Positions 27,136 through 36,064 are shown, numbered from the stretch's first letter. The stretch is 64,000 bases of DNA from a virus (IMGVR_UViG_3300032225_001769:76612-140611), one strand, 5' to 3'. The notes: generated from the sequence alone by a model not told the origin. Translations and numbers: made by a program.

Positions 27136-28329
27136 TCAGGTGGCATTCCAGTTCAGATTACCAAACATCCATTTGACACTATTAACTTTTGTTTGCGTAC
27201 TCACAGACTTACGAATCTGATCCACCAGAAGATGCTTTACGGGAACTTTACGACGCAAACCGAACATAAAGTTTTGCAGATGTTTTGGAGTTTCCTTCAT
27301 AACAAGAATAGCAAACTCCTTCTGATCCTGACCTTGATCCAAAGAAACATACTGATCGTGAATGGTCGTTCCAACGTCCTCCACTGCCATCCAGAATGCC
27401 TTTTGAAACGCTCGGAGACGATCTGCGTCTTCTGGGGTCAGCAACGGCACAACGTCGTCCACAGCATCTTCTACAATCGTCTCAATGACGTTCTTTTCCT
27501 GACTGATGGCATCCTTTGACCTATGACGAAGAACATAATCATCTGCCTTGATTTTCAACATATACCCACTATCAAAGCGAATCACTACACCTTCAGAATC
27601 TTCCCACTTGCGAATGTGCTCTACAATATCAGTAATGTTTGCAGTTCCATCACTAGCAATTGCTTTCACAAAAGGAATATTATAAGATTCTGCATACATC
27701 TTCATAGACTTATAAGCAACATACTGTCCAGAATTATTGTAACGAATTGCAGTCAGAATCAGATTGTCTTCGGGATAGTCCACAACAATACGATTGATAC
27801 GAGAGCACCATTCAAAAATAGGAGTGGTTCCTTTTTGAATCCATTTCTTGATGAAAGTGGAATATTGTGGTTTGTCGGCAATAAAGGTTTCGGCATTCAT
27901 TGCCACATCAGTCACTCCTGCTTTGGTAGCAAGACGAAATCCACCATCAGGAAGAGGAATCGGACGAATCATAGATCCATCCAGTTTCTCTAGAATCACA
28001 TGAGGTTCATCAAGATTCACCTTATTCAGATGAGTCTCATGTTTCTCACCAATGTTAAAGAACTTATGATAAGGACGAGAGATCAGATTGCCTTGCAGAT
28101 CGAAGATCAGACCACGGCATTCACGGCGAACAGCACTCTCAAGAGCACGGGCAGCTCGCATCTTGGCAGAACCACCAGCAACACTCACGGAAGGGAATGT
28201 ATCTTCAAGATTTACCATGTAATTGACTACGGAATACCATTCCTTGTCAAAGACACGAAACTCCTCACGACCTTCAATGTGAGGAAGAACATCATCAATT
28301 TTAGAGATAGCAGGAAAAGTGTATTTCAT
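27136..28329 (-). CDS. rnlA: RNA ligase 1 (T4 RnlA-like)
   Basis: 397 aa; motif I ILEKLDGSM (KxDGS); size and architecture like T4 Rnl1 (374 aa). Confidence 0.7.
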   Translation of the reverse strand: MKYTFPAISKIDDVLPHIEGREEFRVFDKEWYSVVNYMVNLEDTFPSVSVAGGSAKMRAARALESAVRRECRGLIFDLQGNLISRPYHKFFNIGEKHETHLNKVNLDEPHVILEKLDGSMIRPIPLPDGGFRLATKAGVTDVAMNAETFIADKPQYSTFIKKWIQKGTTPIFEWCSRINRIVVDYPEDNLILTAIRYNNSGQYVAYKSMKMYAESYNIPFVKAIASDGTANITDIVEHIRKWEDSEGVVIRFDSGYMLKIKADDYVLRHRSKDAISQEKNVIETIVEDAVDDVVPLLTPEDADRLRAFQKAFWMAVEDVGTTIHDQYVSLDQGQDQKEFAILVMKETPKHLQNFMFGLRRKVPVKHLLVDQIRKSVSTQTKVNSVKWMFGNLNWNAT

Positions 28330-28562
28330 TTGAATTTCAAGTGATTGTCAAGTTCATATCTATATCTTTCAAAGCAACCCATCGCAGTTCCGAATGCCCA
28401 GTTATCATAATCTTCCTGAATTGGTTCTGTATCATTACCATCTTCCCATTCCTCAAAGAAGTCTTCAATAGGGCAATCAAATTCAATGTATGCAGTTTTT
28501 GGTTTGACATTGTTGCTCCAACTCGGCGGCGATGGCGAGGAGTTGACTTTGCGCTTGAACAT
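28326..28562 (-). CDS. acidic hypothetical protein (78 aa); N-terminal 27 codons overlap 28483..28722
   Basis: ORF track; no in-frame ATG downstream of the overlap, so the start is unresolved. Confidence 0.3.
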   Translation of the reverse strand: MFKRKVNSSPSPPSWSNNVKPKTAYIEFDCPIEDFFEEWEDGNDTEPIQEDYDNWAFGTAMGCFERYRYELDNHLKFK

Positions 28563-28722
28563 GTCCTCCGTAAGCGTTTAATCCAAGTTGGTTATGAAAC
28601 CGAACCTGATCCGCAGCGGCGCGGAGGGCGGCGGCGATGCCGTGCTGGTTGCTTTGGGAGCAGTTCCACCAGGCGTCCATGACTGCTTTTGCGGTAGGAG
28701 ATAGAGATTGATTGGTGGTCAT
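28483..28722 (-). CDS. GC-rich hypothetical protein (79 aa from MTTNQSLSPTAKAVMDAWW...), paralog of 30517..30741
   Basis: shared AAALRAAADQ / LLAIAAELE segments and shared DNA GATCCGCAGCRGCGCGGAGGGCGGCGGC; ~60% GC island. Confidence 0.45.
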   Translation of the reverse strand: MTTNQSLSPTAKAVMDAWWNCSQSNQHGIAAALRAAADQVRFHNQLGLNAYGGHVQAQSQLLAIAAELEQQCQTKNCIH

Positions 28723-28803
28723 TTGTTTTTTTGTTGACCTACCTATCATAAGGCATCAGACTTCACTATGATAAGGTGAGTGTGCCAGTTGTTCAGGTGT
28801 CCT

Positions 28804-29175
28804 TTATTTCTTTTTTGGATGCCTAATATGAGTATCTCTAGTACTAAAGTCTCTGTACTTTCCGCGATTTGCTACAAATTCTTGATTTTTATAAAACTTG
28901 GCGAGTGCCGCTTTCTTTCCTTTGTCAGGTTCTTGACTCAGTGTAATTGTACTTCCAGTTCTATCCGCATATTTTCTCAGTCCTTTAAACATTCTTCCAC
29001 CAATTCCTTGACCTTGCAGATGTGGTGGTAACCATACTTGATTCACTCTGATACTATTAGTTTTTGAATTATATGAAGCATCAAGATTTGCACCTCGATG
29101 CTTTTTTCCGTATGCTTTTGAAATCTTATCCAGAACTTCTTGTGATTCTGTAATAAACTCTTTATATGATTTCAT
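28804..29175 (-). CDS. GNAT-family N-acetyltransferase (short form)
   Basis: 123 aa; acetyl-CoA-binding motif A V.QVWLPPHLQGQGIGGRMFKGL. Confidence 0.55.
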   Translation of the reverse strand: MKSYKEFITESQEVLDKISKAYGKKHRGANLDASYNSKTNSIRVNQVWLPPHLQGQGIGGRMFKGLRKYADRTGSTITLSQEPDKGKKAALAKFYKNQEFVANRGKYRDFSTRDTHIRHPKKK

Positions 29176-29266
29176 CTGAACTGAGTTGTTTTCAGTTATT
29201 TATTTCATGAATCAGAAATATAATGAAACATTATTTTGAGTGAATGATGGAGGATTACCTATTTTC

Positions 29267-29671
29267 TTATTGCCTTGCCCCTAGTTTACCTAGAAAATGC
29301 TCCTCAAGAAGTCTAGTCTCTTCTTCATCCAGAGATTCAATCAGTGACTGAATCTTATTGCTTCTTTCGCATTCTTCGTCTTTCCGTTTATTATACTCTA
29401 CAGTAGTATAATACTCACAAGTATATTGTCCACCCAATTCATCACCGTGAGGATGATAATTTCGCAAAGGTGAATCTTCTGGGAGTTCTTGAATATCCTT
29501 ATGCCTGTGAATTTGAACTACATTCTTATCATTACGGAACATACTATCAACAATGTCGCCATAAGATTCTTTCACAATTCGCTCTGCATCAGCATGATCT
29601 GATGCAGCAACAACTACATTGATGCTGGTGTGAACTTCAATCAAAGAGAGTTCGTCGGAATGGTTAGGCAT
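29267..29671 (-). CDS. hypothetical protein (134 aa)
   Basis: ORF track. Confidence 0.45.
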   Translation of the reverse strand: MPNHSDELSLIEVHTSINVVVAASDHADAERIVKESYGDIVDSMFRNDKNVVQIHRHKDIQELPEDSPLRNYHPHGDELGGQYTCEYYTTVEYNKRKDEECERSNKIQSLIESLDEEETRLLEEHFLGKLGARQ

Positions 29672-29825
29672 TGTTTTTAAGAATACTACGGGCGCGTTTT
29701 ACAAGGGTAATCGAATAAGTAAATTCAAGTAAATATGAACTAGGTTGACCGTCACAATCTAACCAAGCATCTAAATCATCTACAAGTTCTTTGCAGAGTT
29801 CTATCAATTCGTCATTTTCAGTCAT
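29663..29825 (-). CDS. small hypothetical protein (53 aa, MTENDELIELCKELVDDLDAWLDCDGQ...)
   Basis: ATG 29823-29825; TAA overlaps next ATG (ATGCCTAA). Confidence 0.3.
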
Positions 29826-30039
29826 TTTGGATACCCTCACAATTTACATCAAGGTATTCGACTTTAGGGGCGATAGCATCACGAAGAGCTTTGTTTGCAT
29901 CCTCATAAGAAAGAAATCCCACATAGATAGGGTTATAACTAAACATATCAACCCAAAACAAACCTAAAACTTTTCTTTGCGGGTAATAAAAAGGAAGCCA
30001 ACCGGGTTCAATTACTTTTTTAATTCGGTAGTTTTTCAT
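29818..30039 (-). CDS. hypothetical protein (73 aa from MKNYRIKKVIEPGW...), paralog of 46773..47087
   Basis: shared M(K/N)NYRIKKV....Y(Y/H)PQ(R/K)K.L..FWVD. Confidence 0.4.
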   Translation of the reverse strand: MKNYRIKKVIEPGWLPFYYPQRKVLGLFWVDMFSYNPIYVGFLSYEDANKALRDAIAPKVEYLDVNCEGIQND

Positions 30040-30040
30040 T

Positions 30041-30247
30041 TTAGTTCCATCCAAGTTGAATAGTGATTTTTTGAAGTGTATCTCTGGTGATGATGTCCTC
30101 TTCCAGTTCTTCTGGTGTTGCAATACTTAAGAACAAATCATATGCCTCATCCCAGAAGTCTTGAGATGGAATACGACCTAGATAAGACTTGCGCTTTTTG
30201 AGTTTTTCCATAAGGAGGTCTTCGTATTCTTGAAGGTCGTCAGGCAT
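30041..30247 (-). CDS. hypothetical protein (68 aa from MPDDLQEYEDLL...)
   Basis: track 30041..30334 trimmed; ATG 2 nt after upstream TGA. Confidence 0.4.
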   Translation of the reverse strand: MPDDLQEYEDLLMEKLKKRKSYLGRIPSQDFWDEAYDLFLSIATPEELEEDIITRDTLQKITIQLGWN

Positions 30248-30248
30248 T

Positions 30249-30443
30249 TCAGTTGTTAAGAGAAAATCCAACAGTTGCACCAGCACAGAATGCGTCGGTA
30301 AGTGCTTTTTTAATTGCCCAGACAGAAACATCATGAAAGTCTAAACTGTCACTGTTGCGAGTTTCCAGGGTTTCTAACCCCGGAAAATGTTTTTGAGCAA
30401 TCATTTCAAGCACTTCATTGAATTGATCCGGAAGCGTGGTCAT
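30249..30443 (-). CDS. hypothetical protein (64 aa)
   Basis: ORF track. Confidence 0.4.
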   Translation of the reverse strand: MTTLPDQFNEVLEMIAQKHFPGLETLETRNSDSLDFHDVSVWAIKKALTDAFCAGATVGFSLNN

Positions 30444-30516
30444 TGAGTTTCCTTGTGGTGATGAGAGTATTGTAGCATCAGGGCGAGTTCATTAAGGAGT
30501 ATGAGGTGCCAATTTC

Positions 30517-30741
30517 TTAACTGGCACCTTCCAGTTCGTCGGCGATGGCGAGGAGTTCGGCGCGAACATCTTGTCTTGTGGAGCCTGGTATGCCGGTGAG
30601 ATGCCACGGTTTCTGTTCCGGCACCAGCTGATCCGCAGCAGCGCGGAGGGCGGCGGCTACCCAAACGCTACGTGGTTTCCCGCATGGCGCATTGATGTAG
30701 GCATCCAACACTGCTTGGGCGGCGGGTGATAGTTCAGACAT
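30517..30741 (-). CDS. GC-rich hypothetical protein (74 aa from MSELSPAAQAVLDAYINAP...), paralog of 28483..28722
   Basis: see 28483..28722; track ORF 30440..30664 is an alternative frame of the same GC-rich DNA. Confidence 0.45.
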   Translation of the reverse strand: MSELSPAAQAVLDAYINAPCGKPRSVWVAAALRAAADQLVPEQKPWHLTGIPGSTRQDVRAELLAIADELEGAS

Positions 30742-30969
30742 TTCGTTTTTCCTCCCGAATTTTGTCATAGGCAGATTCTGCTTGTTCTTTAGTAGTATCA
30801 ATTCCTTCAATATTTTGAAGAAACTGAATTACACCAACCATCAACTCCTTACGTTGCTCTGGATTTTGAAGAATTTCTTTGATGTTTACTCTTTTTTTCA
30901 TCGGGTGACTGTGTGTACGAGATCATTCTAGCAGGAAGTAACCCATATCAGGTGATGTAGTGTGCCAGT

Positions 30970-31329
30970 TCAGAAAGTGTCCCATTTATCAACACAATCA
31001 TCATAAATTCCCATAAGAATATCTGCAACCTCATCTATCTTTTCTACAGTAATTCCATTATATTCACATTCTCTTGGAAAGTTGGGATTATATTTCTTTC
31101 CGTAAGGCAACAAACCACGATTGAAGATTTTTTCCAGATATGCAATATGTTCTTCATCAGTCAGTGTAAAATAATGACCCGACAAATAATGAAGAGCATC
31201 ATGTTCTGCATATACTTTGAGTAATCTTTCCGGTTTAAAAGGAAGATTAAAAATCTTAATTTCTCTTACAACTCTACTACGAGTAATCTTGTCGGGAACA
31301 GTATCTGCAAAGCATTGAAGGTCAATCAT
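30970..31329 (-). CDS. hypothetical protein (119 aa)
   Basis: ORF track. Confidence 0.5.
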   Translation of the reverse strand: MIDLQCFADTVPDKITRSRVVREIKIFNLPFKPERLLKVYAEHDALHYLSGHYFTLTDEEHIAYLEKIFNRGLLPYGKKYNPNFPRECEYNGITVEKIDEVADILMGIYDDCVDKWDTF

Positions 31330-31405
31330 TTTTAGTATGTATATGGTAGCATCATAGCAGGAAACACGCCACCCCCGAAGGAGTAGTGTGCCAGTTCAGA
31401 AAGTG

Positions 31406-31642
31406 TCAGTCGTAAGTCTTGACTACTTCTTCTTTAAGTGGGTCTTTTTTCTTGAATTGGAAGTTCACCCATTTTTCCACTACTTTCAATTCCAAATCAT
31501 AGGAATCGTATGTATTAACAAAAGGATTAAGATGACAATCAACCCAAGTGCCAAGTACATTCATTTGAGCATAATAGTACAGAGAATAGCAAGGTTCACC
31601 ATCAGGAAGTCTGTTGCGTGAGACAATACGGTACTTCATCAT
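31406..31642 (-). CDS. hypothetical protein (78 aa)
   Basis: ORF track. Confidence 0.45.
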   Translation of the reverse strand: MMKYRIVSRNRLPDGEPCYSLYYYAQMNVLGTWVDCHLNPFVNTYDSYDLELKVVEKWVNFQFKKKDPLKEEVVKTYD

Positions 31643-32448
31643 TTATCAGTTGGGAAGAATTGCAGAGGAGTTCCGTTCACAATCAGAATTTTCTGAATAG
31701 AACCGTTCTCAAATGCAGCCTTGAGAATTTCGTTCCTTTGATATTCAAGTGATTGAGAAGATACCGTAGAAGCAAGTGCCTTGTTTTCTTCTGCTTTCAA
31801 CTGTGCAGTCTGCGTCCTGACTTGTTGTTCTTTATTCGCAGATTGTGCGGCAACCACACGATTTACGGAAGCAACTAAATCATCAGGAAGGTCTGCCTTA
31901 CCAACGATAATGGAATCAATGGTAATCTTACCTTCAAGACCGTTTTTCTTCAGAGCATCAGAAAGATTAGTTTTAATCGTGTCCTGAATTTGCTCCAAAC
32001 TTGAGTTCACAGCAAGTGCAGAGAACTCGTCTACAGATTGATTGACGGCAGAAGTAATCAGGCGAGCAATGTAACTACTCATAAGTTGAACTTGGTTACC
32101 ATCACTAATCGCGTGATTGGTCATATCATAACCAGTATAGAACTCATAGAGAGAAGTAGGATTGATACTGTAGGTTACAGTAACATCCATTTCCTTCATA
32201 ATTGTGTTATCTTTAGTCTTGGGGCGAAGGTCATTTGCCGTTACCGTAATCTTACGAGTATTGAAGACTTTAATACTACCAAAGCCATCATACTTAATTC
32301 CAGGAGTAAGAACTTCATTCTTTACCTGACCATCAAAACCTACGAATAGACCATTTTCACCAGTGCTAATTGTGGTGAATTGTCCTGCCGTAAGCACAAG
32401 AGCAAGAGCACCAACACCAACACCGATACCGACTTTTGCGAGAGACAT
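31639..32448 (-). CDS. SPFH/band-7 (prohibitin/HflC-like) membrane protein
   Basis: ~269 aa from MSLAKVGIGVG (track start 32475 is TTG); N-terminal TM helix then PHB-domain pattern (..ITVTANDLRPKTKDNTIMKEMDVTV..., ..DSIIVGKADLPDDLVASVNRVVAAQ..) and C-terminal coiled coil. Confidence 0.65.
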   Translation of the reverse strand: MSLAKVGIGVGVGALALVLTAGQFTTISTGENGLFVGFDGQVKNEVLTPGIKYDGFGSIKVFNTRKITVTANDLRPKTKDNTIMKEMDVTVTYSINPTSLYEFYTGYDMTNHAISDGNQVQLMSSYIARLITSAVNQSVDEFSALAVNSSLEQIQDTIKTNLSDALKKNGLEGKITIDSIIVGKADLPDDLVASVNRVVAAQSANKEQQVRTQTAQLKAEENKALASTVSSQSLEYQRNEILKAAFENGSIQKILIVNGTPLQFFPTDK

Positions 32449-32475
32449 AATTAAAAGGGGGGGGATAAGGAACAA

Positions 32476-32637
32476 TCAATCAGAAGTTACGCCTGCGTAT
32501 ATAAACGCAATCGCAACAAAGAGTAGAAAAGCGAGAGGAATCATCTTAAGAAAGAACAACACTGGAAGTCCTCTCAAAAGAAGAATGTAGAGAATAGATG
32601 CTACTCCAATAGTAACACCTAGAATTCTTACTATCAT
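32476..32637 (-). CDS. small two-TM membrane protein (53 aa, MIVRILGVTIGVASILYILLLRGLPVLFFLKMIPLAFLLFVAIAFIYAGVTSD)
   Basis: ATG 32635-32637, TGA 32476-32478; below track cutoff. Confidence 0.35.
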   Translation of the reverse strand: MIVRILGVTIGVASILYILLLRGLPVLFFLKMIPLAFLLFVAIAFIYAGVTSD

Positions 32638-32639
32638 AT

Positions 32640-32837
32640 TTAATTGTAAGTGCAGAGTTGAGTCATATGTCCACGTTCATAACCTTCAGTCCATTTGCCT
32701 CCTTGTGAGAGACAAGATTGCTTTGAAGGAAGAACGGAGTTTCCATTGATTACATTAAAAGCGACGGAAACAAGAATGCCCCCAATAGCACAACAAATCA
32801 AAAGTTCAATGAGAGTAAATCCTTTGTTCATTTCCAA
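32640..32837 (-). CDS. prepilin-like protein with type IV pilin N-terminal cleavage/methylation motif
   Basis: 65 aa; MEMNKG|FTLIELLICCAIGGILVSVAF = class III signal peptide (G-FTLIE) plus hydrophobic helix. Confidence 0.55.
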   Translation of the reverse strand: MEMNKGFTLIELLICCAIGGILVSVAFNVINGNSVLPSKQSCLSQGGKWTEGYERGHMTQLCTYN

Positions 32838-33037
32838 ACATCAGCGACAATGGCAATAACTACGACAATAGCAAGAATGAAAAGTGCAATCAGAATACTA
32901 ATCCAAAGAGGAGACAATACCCATACCCAAGGCCAGGTAATATGACCAGTCAGTTTGAGTCCGATAAACAGAATAGTCAACCAACCAGAGAATCCCATAC
33001 CAGAAGAGATGGTTGTGGAAGAAGATTTGCTAGACAT
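32828..33037 (-). CDS. small membrane protein (70 aa from MSSKSSSTTISSGMGFSGW...)
   Basis: track trimmed (MPYNNQVNNET is leader containing the TATAAT hexamer); Trp-rich, 2 TM. Confidence 0.45.
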   Translation of the reverse strand: MSSKSSSTTISSGMGFSGWLTILFIGLKLTGHITWPWVWVLSPLWISILIALFILAIVVVIAIVADVWK

Positions 33038-33108
33038 TGAGGTTTCGTTGTTTACTTGATTATTATAAGGCATCAGAGGGCATCTGTGAAGTGCCCCTGT
33101 GCCAGTTG

Positions 33109-33651
33109 TCAGATTGCCTCGGTCAACACTTTGGCGCCTTTGAACTTGGAACGAGCACTCTTGTTCTTGGTATCCACACCAGTCACCACAGCGATCTGAG
33201 GGGAGGAAGAACCAGTATAGAGTAGAATATCACCTTTGTTCACGGCACCAGGAGTTCCAACATAATGATTTTCACTAGTGCCCATCTTCGCACTGAAGGT
33301 ATAAGGTAGAACTTCTTCCAAGTCTTTCTTATCAAAAACATGAATTGTTCCAGTACCCTTTTCTTCAATCAAGTATTGGTTAGAACTGTTGGTGCCGATA
33401 TGAGTACCATAAGCGGTCTTACCATCAACAGTAAAAGAATAAAGAGTTTTAGTTTCGGTTGCCATTTCGTCAGTTTCTCCTTCGTAAATTTTTAGTTCGT
33501 TTCCATAAGCAGAGAATGTTTGATCAGAATGTAGATATCTACAACTGTAATTTCCTCCATTATAACCACCAGAATATCTGTAAGTAATCTTGGCAGGCTT
33601 CTTGCCGTATAGTTTGGTGACAATATCACCAACTTGAAGTTCTTGTGTCAT
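33109..33651 (-). CDS. hypothetical protein (180 aa)
   Basis: ORF track; cassette 33652-33731. Confidence 0.5.
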   Translation of the reverse strand: MTQELQVGDIVTKLYGKKPAKITYRYSGGYNGGNYSCRYLHSDQTFSAYGNELKIYEGETDEMATETKTLYSFTVDGKTAYGTHIGTNSSNQYLIEEKGTGTIHVFDKKDLEEVLPYTFSAKMGTSENHYVGTPGAVNKGDILLYTGSSSPQIAVVTGVDTKNKSARSKFKGAKVLTEAI

Positions 33652-33733
33652 GTCCTTTGATGTTTACTCGTATAGTATAAGGGGTATTGGTGGCAAAGTC
33701 AAGAGTCTTGTGCCAGTTCGTCAGGTGTCTTCT

Positions 33734-33946
33734 TTATTCTAACGATTCAATTTCGGATGCAAGATTCATAAGATCATTTTTATCCAGAACAACCAAATCA
33801 TTTTGAGCATTATAATGTACAATGCTCTCAGATACAATACGAAGTGCAGAAGAAATGAGTTTATTCTCGGTGTCTGCACCACCATGGTTACGGGATTCCC
33901 AAATAGAATCCATGATTTTTTGTGCTCGTTCTGACATGAGACTCAA
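33734..33946 (-). CDS. hypothetical protein (70 aa)
   Basis: ORF track. Confidence 0.4.
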   Translation of the reverse strand: MSLMSERAQKIMDSIWESRNHGGADTENKLISSALRIVSESIVHYNAQNDLVVLDKNDLMNLASEIESLE

Positions 33947-34212
33947 AGTTTTTCAATTTCCGATAGAACGGATTCAATCTGTTCTTCGCTTTGAAATCCA
34001 AGAACATCGTCGGTGATTTCGCTCTCATAGTAAAGAGTGTAATTTCCTTTTTCTCCTTTGAGAACCGCGGCCTCATAAAGGCCTTTAGAACCACCATAGG
34101 AGTACTGGGATCGAATCACGCTAATTCCATATCCATTATTGAAGAAGTGCCTTGCCTGGACTCCATCGGACCAGGATGGATGAGGTTGAAAATTGAGATC
34201 AGAAAATTTCAT
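33943..34212 (-). CDS. hypothetical protein (89 aa)
   Basis: ORF track; ATGA overlap. Confidence 0.45.
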   Translation of the reverse strand: MKFSDLNFQPHPSWSDGVQARHFFNNGYGISVIRSQYSYGGSKGLYEAAVLKGEKGNYTLYYESEITDDVLGFQSEEQIESVLSEIEKL

Positions 34213-34278
34213 GTGTTTGTTGAATATCTTGTGATTATAGGACAGTTGAGGCGAATTTGGAGTGTGAGTTGTGCCAGA

Positions 34279-34722
34279 TCACCAACTGGCACAATAGTAG
34301 AACTCCCAATCTTCAGGTGCATCTTTGATGATCTTTGTCAAAACCTCCTGAGTATTCTCCAGGCCTTTAAAATACCATTCATCGTACTCAGTAGAACCGA
34401 AGAAGAACCCACCCTGAGCAGGAAGAAGTTCCTTTGCTTTCTCTACATCTTTGCTCTCAAGAATGGTGTTGCCTCGCTCAACATAAATTTCTTGCTGATT
34501 ATCTTCACCACCAGCAAGATCTACAAAGAACTTGTGAACTGCATTTGCCTTACGCCAGTATGCAACTTGGACTTCAACTTTTGCAAAACGAAGATCATCT
34601 TCATTCACAAAATCTTCTGCATTCATGAGCGTTGTAATTGTGTTGAAAGTTTTGGTTTCATCTTCACCATTATACTTACTACATAAAAACTTTGAAGCAT
34701 AAAGATACATGTCAAGACCCAT
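34279..34722 (-). CDS. hypothetical protein (147 aa)
   Basis: ORF track. Confidence 0.5.
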   Translation of the reverse strand: MGLDMYLYASKFLCSKYNGEDETKTFNTITTLMNAEDFVNEDDLRFAKVEVQVAYWRKANAVHKFFVDLAGGEDNQQEIYVERGNTILESKDVEKAKELLPAQGGFFFGSTEYDEWYFKGLENTQEVLTKIIKDAPEDWEFYYCASW

Positions 34723-34796
34723 GAGATTTCTCCTTTGTGTGGTACGAATGTAGTATAACGTGAATTTAGAAGCGTCTGGGAGGTCAGTGTGCCAGT

Positions 34797-35093
34797 TCAG
34801 AAAGGGGACAGGAATTTCAGAAAATCCAAAATCACATCCATCATAGACATTTTCTTTTCAGGTGGTGCCAATTCCCATCCAATCGCATCAGGCCCACACT
34901 TTCCTTCAAATTTTCTTAAATCTATGCAATTGTGAAAATTAATAAATTCTCTGCCCTCCACATAATCAATTGTCTTAAATGTGAACTTAGAACAATAGGG
35001 GTATCCATTATGATCTTCATAATGGGCACAGGAAATGCAGGATTTAATTTCAGTCATGGTGTTCACAAGAGTTCGTGGTTTTTGTGCGCTCAA
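34797..35093 (-). CDS. Cys-rich hypothetical protein (98 aa)
   Basis: ORF track; TGTTATACT extended -10 upstream. Confidence 0.45.
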   Translation of the reverse strand: MSAQKPRTLVNTMTEIKSCISCAHYEDHNGYPYCSKFTFKTIDYVEGREFINFHNCIDLRKFEGKCGPDAIGWELAPPEKKMSMMDVILDFLKFLSPF

Positions 35094-35110
35094 GTCAGTA
35101 TAACAATAAT

Positions 35111-35347
35111 TCAGGAAGAGGAGGAGGTATTCTGTGCCGGTTCAAGAAGCGTCACATCATAATCCTGCCAGTGAGAACTGAAGTAATCATATGCAATGTT
35201 TGCATCATCTTGACTAATCTCAAGAGTTTGCAACACGCAAGAATCATTACCCCCTATTTCAGTAATCCATTTGCTGTTTTCATCAATCAGAAACTTGGAG
35301 GATACTCCAATACAAATATCCAGAACTTTGAATGATTGATTAATCAT
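35111..35347 (-). CDS. acidic hypothetical protein (78 aa); C-terminal 12 codons read through a dyad-box copy
   Basis: ORF track. Confidence 0.4.
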   Translation of the reverse strand: MINQSFKVLDICIGVSSKFLIDENSKWITEIGGNDSCVLQTLEISQDDANIAYDYFSSHWQDYDVTLLEPAQNTSSSS

Positions 35348-35547
35348 AGTGCAGGGTCAATGTCGTTATCAAGGAAAACATAGTCATACCTCTCACCATA
35401 TTCTTCACAGAGAGACTTCACATTATACTTTCTCATAAACCTACGAGACATTGCTTCTTCGGCAAGTTTGTAGATTTCATCGTAGTCTAGGTCTTTGCAA
35501 ACTTCTTGTGAAAGAAACTTTGCGAGTTTAAGAGATACTTCAATACT
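35344..35547 (-). CDS. hypothetical protein (67 aa from MSIEVSLKLAKF...)
   Basis: AAGGAGG SD 7 nt upstream; track 35344..35655 trimmed. Confidence 0.4.
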   Translation of the reverse strand, partial: SIEVSLKLAKFLSQEVCKDLDYDEIYKLAEEAMSRRFMRKYNVKSLCEEYGERYDYVFLDNDIDPAL

Positions 35548-35677
35548 CATTCCAAACCTCCTTATACCTTTTAACTTCGTGATTACATTTACTACAGTGA
35601 AGAACTCCATCCCAGTCATCGTGAATACTGGTTTCTTTATAAGACCCTTTACCACATTTTTCGCATTCTTTATTCAT
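35539..35677 (-). CDS. small zinc-ribbon protein (46 aa, MNKECEKCGKGSYKETSIHDDWDGVLHCSKCNHEVKRYKEVWNEY)
   Basis: CxxC..CxxC; stop overlaps next ATG (ATGAGTATTGA). Confidence 0.35.
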
Positions 35678-35786
35678 ACGGTCAATGTGAGTATAAAGAG
35701 TGAGTTGATTGAACATAAGGTATCTTTGGGGTTACGAAGTCATAATAGCATCAGGTACACCGAGACTCAAGAGACAATGTGCCAGT

Positions 35787-36041
35787 TCATAAAGTGTCTT
35801 CAATATACAAATATCTTTCAGGAATAACTTGAGTAGCAGTACACCTATCATATTCATTTGATGGTTTTGTTTTTGAGTCCACTGCTTCAATTAAATTTTC
35901 TCTAGTATATTTTTCAGATTTGTACTTGTAATTTCCATCTTTAAATTTTCCATAGAAAGTGATTGCACTTCCACCCCAACAACATCTTCCAGCAGGGCTA
36001 GAATAGATTTCACCAATAAAATCAAGATTAAGTTTTTTCAT
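35787..36041 (-). CDS. hypothetical protein (84 aa)
   Basis: ORF track; stop TGA inside dyad box 35778-35800. Confidence 0.45.
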   Translation of the reverse strand: MKKLNLDFIGEIYSSPAGRCCWGGSAITFYGKFKDGNYKYKSEKYTRENLIEAVDSKTKPSNEYDRCTATQVIPERYLYIEDTL

Positions 36042-36064
36042 CTTCTCAATTAGTACATCATAAT

